Assembly: GCA_977017575.1 (NCBI GenBank)
Contig: CDRNVI010000180.1
Coordinates: 1-54,364 of the forward strand
DNA: 54,364 nt
Direction: 5' to 3'
Source of the DNA: Paramoeba atlantica
Lineage: Eukaryota > Protista > Discosea
How positions within the stretch are numbered: the first letter of the stretch is position 1; every line of letters begins with the position of its first letter. Under the pieces are notes generated by a model. The model saw only the letters and a program-made list of their open reading frames with translations. It searched no databases and had not been told where the DNA came from. This document shows positions 46,713 through 54,364 of this stretch, one piece after another. The translations under genes and the position numbers were made by a program.

Positions 46713-49700
46713 ATGACTAAACTCAGGAAGAAGAAGAATAAGAAGAGAAAGGAAAAGGGATTGGTGGATATTAGAAGTAGTTTTGGTGTGGGCCCCCAGG
46801 TAGCTCCTCCCCCAACAACAAACTTGCCTAATGTATCCCAGTCAGAGTGCCTCCCATCAGGTCCTCCGAGTGAGCCTGGAGTTGACCCCCGTGATAGGTC
46901 CTCAGCTAATTTAAGTGAGAGTGATGAACGTAGGTTTCCTAATGCACGTGTTATTTCCTGGAACATGAATGGGATTCAAAATTTCGAAAAATTGAGAACC
47001 CTTCGGAAGATGGCTGGGAGTTGTCGGCCTCTTTTCATTTTGATTCAAGAATCTCACTCTGATTTTGAAAGTGACCTCGATCTTATCAGGAACCAATTGA
47101 GGAAGTATATTTGGTTGAGAGACAATTCCTCTGGGAAGAGGAGGGGTCTGCTCATTGGTGTTAGGCGGATGGAGGGAGTGAAAGAGATCTCTCCCTGTTT
47201 CTTTGACCAGACCATGAGTGGATTATTTGGTGTCCATGTGACTATTGGATCGACGAACTATTCTGTCCTGAATATATACCGTCACCCTGACCTCAAAGTA
47301 GCCACCATCTCGCAGGAGGCCGCTCGTTTTTTCGGTCAGAACCCCAGGAGCATAAATATCTTTGGGGGTGATTTCAATTGGGATGTGAAGGAAAAACAGA
47401 TGGGGGAAATTGAAAAGTGTTGTGCTACTCTCTGTATGTCACGCTTGAAATGGGATGAACCCACCCATTATAAAGGGAGGTGTATCGACCATATCTTCTT
47501 CTCGTCCAAGGCTCCATTAAAACGTTTGTTTATCAATGCCATCCCGTCCGGCTTTAAAGATCATGCACTGCTGATTGGAGGATCCTCGTTTAAGGAATGG
47601 GAGATTCGGGCGAATAAGAAATCCATCCCTGAGTATTTGATTAATGACCATGGGTTCATCAACACTCTTATTGAGAGGATGGGTACCTTCTCCGAGGGTG
47701 ATGATCCTAACGAGTTTTTGACCAGATTTAAGACCACAGCTTGGGAATTAGTTCCCTACTGGAGAGAAAGAAACACTGAGGCGGCTTTGTTCAGAGAACT
47801 GTGGAAGATCCACTCTCTTGTAAGATCCCTTCGCAATTCTCGCATTCTTAGGAAATCTACGGTCCAGAGGCCATACTCTTCCCTTGAAATGGGTCTGTTG
47901 GACCAAGCCTCCCTTGGTTGGAAGGGTCCGAAGGAAGGGAAGTCGTGGAGGAGAGGAATAATCCCCAGAATGATTTCTGCAGCGCTCAAGAAGATTGAAT
48001 GTATTGAAGGGCAGTTGGGGATCTTTATTGACAGTCACCCTGCGAGGCCTAAAGCGAGATCATCCCCAAGGGTTAAAGGAATTGTTGTGGATGGGGTCAT
48101 TTCCAGAGATAATGGTGTGGTCCAGAAAGCAATTAAAGAATTTTGGGGGAATCTTTTGGGCTCAGTGAGGCCATACAACAAGGTCTCTCTCCAGAAGCTG
48201 ATTGAGAACCATAAACCTCGGTTTCCTAAGGTTGATTACCATGTTGTTGATGGGGCCAAGGTTGATAAATTGCTGCGACGGTGCAATAATTCGAGCGCTG
48301 GCCCAGATGGTATCCCCTTTGCTCTCTACAGAGTGACAAGTGAACAGCTGTGTGATATGTGGTGTGAACTTATCCAGAGAGCTGGGGAATCAATGGATTT
48401 CCCTGAGTCGTTTGGGGAGAGTCAGCTTGTGTTACTACCTAAGATTGAGAATATTCCTCGTCCTGACCAATTTCGACCAATAAGTATTACCAATTCTGAT
48501 TATCGGATTGTGATGAGATATTGGGCCAAATGGCTGATGGAGAGTGCCAGAGAGGTGATTTCCCCGGAACAAAATGCTATATTTGCTGGAAGGTCCATTG
48601 ATAATGCAGTGGAATCGATACATGATGGGTTTATGGAAGCGGTAGCGGAGGGCAAAGACGTGACCATCCTCCAAACTGATTTCTGTAAGGCCTATGACTA
48701 TGTTAACCGTGAAGCTCTTATGGAGTTGCTGATTGGGTTGAATGCTCCACCCCAAGCCCTTGAAGTTGTATCTAAAGTTCTGCGAGAGTCAGATACATGG
48801 CTCCCAACTGTAGGATCGAATGATAAGACACAGAAGGAAGCCATCAAGAGCCGGACTGGTGTGCGACAAGGCTGCCCCATTTCACCTCTTCTGTTCATTA
48901 TCCTTTTTGATGTTTTATTGGTTAGTTTGAACAATGGGGGTGACCTTGAGAAGCTTGCTGGGTTCATGGATGACTTAGCCCTCCTCCTTCACAGGGTCCA
49001 ATCCATAAATTCTTTGACCTCAACCTTCCAAGAATATGAACAAGGAACCGGAGCCAAACTCAACTACAACAAATGCTTTGTTTTGTCAACTGAAAAATTC
49101 TCTCCTGTGGGCCCTTGGGTTGAAATGCCTTCAGCTAATTATTTGGGAGAGGAGACTGTGTACTTGGGAGTTACAATTTCTCGAAGAATGAACCCAACTA
49201 AAGACTGGGAAGGGGTGATCAAGAAAATGCGGAAGGTTGGAACAGCAATTAAGCAAAGGAAGGGCAGCTTCAAGGAGAGAGTCCGGATGATCAATACTTA
49301 CCTTATTCCTTGTATGGGTTATTTGGCAAGATTCAAGCTTATCTCGAAAGCTGTCTCCTCAAAGATGTGGAAGACCATTCGTTCAGCCTTAGGCGCATAT
49401 GCAAATCTAAAGTCCTGTGTAATGACCTCCCTTCGTCCCCCTTTCTTTGAAAAACCCCAAGTTAGACACCCTATTCTGTTTAACTGGGCTCTGTTGATAT
49501 CGAGGAAACCTCTCCAAGATCATTATAGGAATCCATTGTCCATTGGGGCCATGAGGATTGATGCATTGGAAGCTAGTGGTGCTATCTCAGAACAAGTGAG
49601 GATGGGCTCCAAAACCAAGAGATCCTTCTCTCTCCTCTCTCGGAACATTTCTGTGGGAGTGGAGAATTTCTATGTGGGGGATGGGTGCTTGAAATGTGTG

Positions 49701-51065
49701 ATCTATAATTTGTCTCTTCCGCAAAGACCCCAGATTAAGCGGAACCTTTTGAAGTTCTTTTTGAGGGGTCTTCCAACTGTGGATAAGATTGCCCATTTTA
49801 CATCTGTGAGTCCACTTTGTCGGCTGTGTAGGAAAGCCAAAGAGTCAAGGGTGCACCTCCTTGAAGAATGTCTGAAAGCTAAGGCAATTTTGAAAACTAT
49901 TGGGAGGAGATGCTTTGTTTTAAAGATTCCTGGGTGGGAGAGTGCCGACTTTGTGTGTGGATTTACGAACCAGTATCTAAAGAAGGCTGAAGCATCTGCA
50001 GTGAGTGCAGCCCTATTGAGCTTGTGGATCACTGTATGTGCAGAAGGATCGAAGTCCCCAAGCTTTGCTGTTAAAATTTTTGATGAAATTGCTAAGACAA
50101 ACAAGATGATCCCCAAACAAACGGTAAGAAAGGCTCCCCCCAAAGGTAAAAGAGAAGTGAAACAACCAAAGTTCAAGTACCCTGCCTTGCAAGTGTTTTA
50201 TGATGGCTCTGGGCGTGTAGACCCCCACATCGGGGGAGCTGGGTATGTGATTATTAAGGAAGGTTTGGAGGTTGGAGGTGGATTTGAAACACTCCCACTA
50301 GGCTCAAATAATTTGGGTGAGTTTTCAGGATGCTTAGCTGGTCTACAACAAGTTATTGGCTTTGGGCAACGTGTAGAGATGGTGGGAGATTGTAAAATTC
50401 TGACTGAGGCAGCGCCTAAGACAAAACCGATTGATAACTTTGAGCTCAATGAGATCCTATCTGAGATCAGAAATATTGCTGAGAGTAAATTTGCCAAAGT
50501 GGAGTACACTCATGTGTATTGCGAATTCAACAAGAGGTCAGATGCGATTGCGACAGCAGCAAGTCACTCTGAAGAGGATGGGATGGAAGCTGTCTTTGAT
50601 AGGAACTGGGATTCAAGATCGAAACAACTAGCAACAACCAGTGAGGAATGGATTATTGAGAATTCCAAACTGTGGAAGTGGGTGATGGAACCGTTGGATT
50701 TGGATTGGAGCTTCCCTGTGAAGAAAGCTCAGTTTAAGAGGAGGTTTAAGGACAAGGTGATTACAACTAATAATGTTTACTTCCCAGTACAAGCTGCACT
50801 GGATGAGGCAATGATTTCTCCTGTGTTCATTTCAGATGATATTGTTAAGTGGTTTCCAGAAAGAGCTGCACCTGGAGAGATGTTAGAAAGTTTTGTTGAG
50901 AAAGAAAACCGAAAATGGAGAGAGGAGTATGAGCAAGCAAGGAACCGTTGGTTGAAGAGTGCAATGAGACCTTCCATTGTAAGGAAGATTATTAGGCCTA
51001 TTAAGGCTGTTGAGAAGAAAAGAATTTTGAAAAAGATTCGAATGAGAAATAGAAAGAAACATTAG
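46713..51065 (+). CDS. LINE ORF2: APE endonuclease, reverse transcriptase, CCHC finger, RNase H
   Basis: APE: ISWNMNG, IQESH, GGDFN, IDHIF, DHAL. RT: AGPDGIP, FRPISI, TDFCKAYD, GVRQGCPISPLLF, FMDD, YLG. Finger: CRLC..ESRVHLLEEC. RNase H acidic residues: YDGS, LGEF, GDC, RSDA. Confidence 0.95.
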   Translation: MTKLRKKKNKKRKEKGLVDIRSSFGVGPQVAPPPTTNLPNVSQSECLPSGPPSEPGVDPRDRSSANLSESDERRFPNARVISWNMNGIQNFEKLRTLRKMAGSCRPLFILIQESHSDFESDLDLIRNQLRKYIWLRDNSSGKRRGLLIGVRRMEGVKEISPCFFDQTMSGLFGVHVTIGSTNYSVLNIYRHPDLKVATISQEAARFFGQNPRSINIFGGDFNWDVKEKQMGEIEKCCATLCMSRLKWDEPTHYKGRCIDHIFFSSKAPLKRLFINAIPSGFKDHALLIGGSSFKEWEIRANKKSIPEYLINDHGFINTLIERMGTFSEGDDPNEFLTRFKTTAWELVPYWRERNTEAALFRELWKIHSLVRSLRNSRILRKSTVQRPYSSLEMGLLDQASLGWKGPKEGKSWRRGIIPRMISAALKKIECIEGQLGIFIDSHPARPKARSSPRVKGIVVDGVISRDNGVVQKAIKEFWGNLLGSVRPYNKVSLQKLIENHKPRFPKVDYHVVDGAKVDKLLRRCNNSSAGPDGIPFALYRVTSEQLCDMWCELIQRAGESMDFPESFGESQLVLLPKIENIPRPDQFRPISITNSDYRIVMRYWAKWLMESAREVISPEQNAIFAGRSIDNAVESIHDGFMEAVAEGKDVTILQTDFCKAYDYVNREALMELLIGLNAPPQALEVVSKVLRESDTWLPTVGSNDKTQKEAIKSRTGVRQGCPISPLLFIILFDVLLVSLNNGGDLEKLAGFMDDLALLLHRVQSINSLTSTFQEYEQGTGAKLNYNKCFVLSTEKFSPVGPWVEMPSANYLGEETVYLGVTISRRMNPTKDWEGVIKKMRKVGTAIKQRKGSFKERVRMINTYLIPCMGYLARFKLISKAVSSKMWKTIRSALGAYANLKSCVMTSLRPPFFEKPQVRHPILFNWALLISRKPLQDHYRNPLSIGAMRIDALEASGAISEQVRMGSKTKRSFSLLSRNISVGVENFYVGDGCLKCVIYNLSLPQRPQIKRNLLKFFLRGLPTVDKIAHFTSVSPLCRLCRKAKESRVHLLEECLKAKAILKTIGRRCFVLKIPGWESADFVCGFTNQYLKKAEASAVSAALLSLWITVCAEGSKSPSFAVKIFDEIAKTNKMIPKQTVRKAPPKGKREVKQPKFKYPALQVFYDGSGRVDPHIGGAGYVIIKEGLEVGGGFETLPLGSNNLGEFSGCLAGLQQVIGFGQRVEMVGDCKILTEAAPKTKPIDNFELNEILSEIRNIAESKFAKVEYTHVYCEFNKRSDAIATAASHSEEDGMEAVFDRNWDSRSKQLATTSEEWIIENSKLWKWVMEPLDLDWSFPVKKAQFKRRFKDKVITTNNVYFPVQAALDEAMISPVFISDDIVKWFPERAAPGEMLESFVEKENRKWREEYEQARNRWLKSAMRPSIVRKIIRPIKAVEKKRILKKIRMRNRKKH

Positions 51066-52989
51066 AGCTTTTGGCCACTAAGTTGGCACTGAAGTGGGTT
51101 GATCCTACTTGATTATAACAATTTAATTTAAGTGTATTCTTGGGTGTCCAGATTACACTTCATTTCAATAAATGGCATCTCTGATGTCTAAAATTTTAAA
51201 AAAAAAAAAAGTGTTACCAATTCAGATTATTGGATTGTGATGAAATATTGAGCAAAATGGCTGATGGAGATTGCAAGTGGAGTAATTTCTAAAAAACAGC
51301 ATGCAATGTTTAAGGGGAGGTCAATTGACGAAGCAGTGGAATTAGTGTATGATTTTTTTTATGAAGCTCTGGCAAAAGAGAAAGATGTGACCCCTATACA
51401 TTGCAAAAAACTAACGAATTTTTTCGAAAGATTTACAAATTAAATCGATTAAGGTGACAATTCTATCCAAAAGAGATGAAAAACGTCGAAGCATAAGGTG
51501 TGCTAAAAAAGAAACCTTTTGTTTTTCTTTGATTTTCTCAATTCTTTCTTTTGATTGTGTGTGGAAAAGTGAAATGATTGATCCAGTGGTGTTGTTTTTA
51601 ATAGTTTGTGAATAAAGAAAAAAAAAAAAAATAACAAACTAAAACATTCACTTGAAATATGGAATAAAAAAGTTCATTAGTAAATCAAACAATCTATCAT
51701 GTATCTTTCCAAACCTTTCAATTCTTCTTTTTTTTCAATTTCTTTCTTTTCTCTTTCTGTTTTTCTTTTTTTTTCTCACCCACCACTTTCTTTTTTGAAA
51801 AAGAAAAAAAAATCCAATTCCCAATCAAATGTTGCTACATCAGCCATTTTCTTTTTCTTTTTTTGGTTTTTTTTTTGGTTTTTTATTTCGAACAGTTTTT
51901 TTTTTTTTTTTTGTTTGTGAGAAAGAAAGAAAAAAAGAAAAAGAAAGAGAAAGAGAAAGATTCAACAAAAAAGAGAAAAAAACAAAAAAAAACAAAGAAA
52001 AAGGATTGTATGATCAAAATTGATTGAAAAGATCCAAATGCAAATCAAAAATAAGATTAAAGAAAAAAAAAAGAAAAAGAATTGAATTTATATTGGTCCT
52101 ATCTTGATGGAAGCTTGAACAACTAAGAAAAAACAAGAACATTTGAATTCTTTTTTACTTTGTCAAATTTCAAGAAAAAAAATCACACCCAAAATAAAAA
52201 TCAGTTTTTCAGCAAAAAAGTTTTTCTTTTTTGTTTTTTGTTTTTGTTTGATTTTTGTGTTTGGTTTTTGTTTTTTGAAAGATGAGAAAAATAGACTTTT
52301 AGAAATCAAGAGATTTTTGGTTTTTTCAATGTATCACTTTTATATTAAGAAAGAGAAATGAAAAACCAATCTATTTTTCTCAAAGTGAGAAAGATAAAAG
52401 AATTCACAAGATTTATCTGGTGATCCAATTCTTTGAGGTTTTCTTTCTTTTCTTTTTTCCTCTTCTTTTTCTTGTTTCTTTTTTTCTTTTTCTCTTTTTC
52501 TTTTTCATTTCTTTTTTCTTCTTTTTCCTTCATCTCTTTTTCTTTTTTACTTTTTTTCACACAAAATTGTTTTTTTTTTTCTTTTTCCTTTTTTCTTTTT
52601 CTCTTTTTTCTTTTTCTCTTTTTTCTTTTTCTCTTTTTTCTTTTTCTCTTTTTCTTTTTCTTTTTTGAAAAGATTTAGAAAAATGAAAAACTAATTCTTT
52701 TTATTCTCAGAATGAACAATAAAAAAAATTAAAAGGGATTCATTTTCTTTTGTATTGAGTGGGAACAGGATTTCTTTTTTTTCAATGGTTTTTTGATTTC
52801 TTTTTTGATTTCTTTTTTTCTTTTTCTCTCATTTTCTTCTTTTTTTTTTCTTTTTGTTTTTTTTTATTTCTTTTTTATTTCAAGGTTTTGAAAGCTTAAA
52901 AATATGAAAGTTTGTTTTTTGTTGTTTCTTTTTGAGTTTTAATCTTTTTGTTGATATTCGGAATTTTTTTTGTTTTATTTTTTTTTATT

Positions 52990-53646
52990 TTAATTGTTTT
53001 TTTTCTTCAGAGAGTGTTTTTTATCATTGAAAATGACATCGTCTTATTCCCTGTGATTTACTATATCCAAAGAATCCTATTTTTCTCTCAGATAAAGCAC
53101 AATGTGATGTGATGTGATGGGTTAGAGGTTCAGTTTCTTTTTTCCAACATTTTTTTAAACAATATTTAAATAATTAAAGTTTTAATGTTTTTTCCTTCAG
53201 AAACTATTCTTTATCATTGAAAATTATATCATCTTATTTCTTGTGATTTACTGTATCCAAAGAAATCTATTTTTCTCTCAGATAAAACACAATGATGTGA
53301 TGTGAGGGGTTCAGTTTTTTTTTTCTGATATTTTTCTAAACAATATTTAAATAATTAAAGTTTTATTGTTTTTTCCTTCAGAAACTGTTCTTTATCATTG
53401 AAAATAATATCGTCTTATTCCTTGTGATTTACTGTATCCAAAGAAACCTATTTTTCTCAGATAAAGCACAATGATGTGATATGAGGGGTTTAGTTTCTTT
53501 TTTCGGGTATTTTTTTAAACAATAACTAATTACTTTTTTTTATTGTTTTTTCCTTCAGAAACTATTCTTTATTATTGAAAATGATATCGTCTTATTCCTT
53601 GTGATTTACTGTATCCAAAGAAGTCTATTTTTCTCAGATAAAGCAC
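52990..53646. repeat. Subtelomeric tandem repeat, about 3.5 units of 177-190 bp
   Basis: The unit marker TTCAG ends at 53010, 53200, 53381 and 53558. The shared core is TTTATCATTGAAAAT..GTGATTTACTGTATCCAAAGAA..CAGATAAAGCAC. Confidence 0.9.
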
Positions 53647-54364
53647 TTGGGTTTAGGGTTTAGGGTTTAGGGTTTAGGGTTTAGGGTTTAGGGTTTAGGG
53701 TTTAGGGTTTAGGGTTTAGGGTTTAGGGTTTAGGGTTTAGGGTTTAGGGTTTAGGGTTTAGGGTTTAGGGTTTAGGGTTTAGGGTTTAGGGTTTAGGGTT
53801 TAGGGTTTAGGGTTTAGGGTTTAGGGTTTAGGGTTTAGGGTTTAGGGTTTAGGGTTTAGGGTTTAGGGTTTAGGGTTTAGGGTTTAGGGTTTAGGGTTTA
53901 GGGTTTAGGGTTTAGGGTTTAGGGTTTAGGGTTTAGGGTTTAGGGTTTAGGGTTTAGGGTTTAGGGTTTAGGGTTTAGGGTTTAGGGTTTAGGGTTTAGG
54001 GTTTAGGGTTTAGGGTTTAGGGTTTAGGGTTTAGGGTTTAGGGTTTAGGGTTTAGGGTTTAGGGTTTAGGGTTTAGGGTTTAGGGTTTAGGGTTTAGGGT
54101 TTAGGGTTTAGGGTTTAGGGTTTAGGGTTTAGGGTTTAGGGTTTAGGGTTTAGGGTTTAGGGTTTAGGGTTTAGGGTTTAGGGTTTAGGGTTTAGGGTTT
54201 AGGGTTTAGGGTTTAGGGTTTAGGGTTTAGGGTTTAGGGTTTAGGGTTTAGGGTTTAGGGTTTAGGGTTTAGGGTTTAGGGTTTAGGGTTTAGGGTTTAG
54301 GGTTTAGGGTTTAGGGTTTAGGGTTTAGGGTTTAGGGTTTAGGGTTTAGGGTTTAGGGTTTAGG
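53647..54364 (+). repeat. Telomere (TTTAGGG)n, about 102 units, right chromosome end
   Basis: A TTGGG variant is followed by uninterrupted TTTAGGG from 53652 to the end of the window, with the G-rich strand running 5' to 3' toward the end. Confidence 0.99.

Larger units (their letters stand above)
44217..51210 (+). mobile_element. Full-length, ORF-intact non-LTR retrotransposon (L1/Tx1-like, APE type) with C-terminal RNase H
   Basis: Two long ORFs, an AATAAA plus A13 tail, and a TSD GTGTTACCAATTC (13 bp, 15 with flanking A) at 44204-44216 and 51211-51223. Confidence 0.95.
39860..51392 (+). mobile_element. Older, decayed LINE of a related subfamily (host of the nested insertions); segments 39860-43728, 44152-44216, 51211-51392
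   Basis: ORF1 remnants (39952-42009) and APE/RT remnants (42018 onward; GGDFN, CIDY, DHAM, AGPDGIPF) are homologous to the intact element. The RT sequence LIFKVENIPCLDQFRPISVTNSDYWIVMKY reassembles when the two inserts and their TSDs are removed. The element is truncated after DVT at about 51392. Confidence 0.9.

Noticed and set aside
39850-51410. TSD for the old LINE (TACTTGCAAAAAA versus TACATTGCAAAAAA)
   Set aside because: The match is short, imperfect and mostly A, and the element is 3'-truncated there, so coincidence is likely.
164-52678. The many F/L/S-rich or K/R/E-rich ORFs in the six-frame track
   Set aside because: They are translations of intronic or intergenic microsatellites, or shadows of real genes on other frames.
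51400-52990. A gene between the TE cluster and the subtelomeric repeat
   Set aside because: Mostly low complexity; I could not build a consistent exon chain on either strand.
44217-54364. Telomere-maintaining retrotransposon (HeT-A/TART or Giardia type)
   Set aside because: The element has a TSD inside another LINE, lies 2.4 kb from the repeats and points its poly(A) toward the end (the opposite polarity). A regular telomerase-type array caps the chromosome.

Overview
This is the last 54 kb of a linear chromosome from an AT-rich eukaryote, ending in about 102 TTTAGGG telomere repeats. A BMP-domain family-C GPCR suggests an amoebozoan-type protist, but that is inference. The standard code and GT-AG introns explain the genes I reconstructed. 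From left to right there are four zones. (1) Two tandem RING/B-box/coiled-coil/NHL (TRIM-NHL-like) genes with an inverted, internally deleted relic between them. (2) Three intron-rich genes with low-complexity introns: a C2 plus permuted NlpC/P60 protein with ten YxNPF motifs, an ankyrin protein and a calcineurin-A-like phosphatase. (3) A block of five nearly intron-free, less AT-rich genes, followed by a damaged LRR gene. (4) A 14-kb nested retroelement cluster, about 180-bp subtelomeric repeats and the telomere. The cluster holds an ORF-intact 7.0-kb L1/Tx1-like LINE (APE-RT-CCHC-RNase H) and a tRNA-headed SINE, each inserted with its own TSD into an older LINE, plus a second SINE copy and an inverted 5'-truncated LINE. 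Three observations stand out. Both LINE subfamilies begin with a 5' oligo(A) followed by TAGG..GGTTCAAG. Old copies show a strong CpG to TpG/CpA decay signature, and all six Trp-to-stop changes in the old LINE are GG to AG. Exon-edge 'echo' duplications fill several introns, and some form perfect in-frame cassette exons. All alignments, counts and splice models were done by eye; no database search was run.
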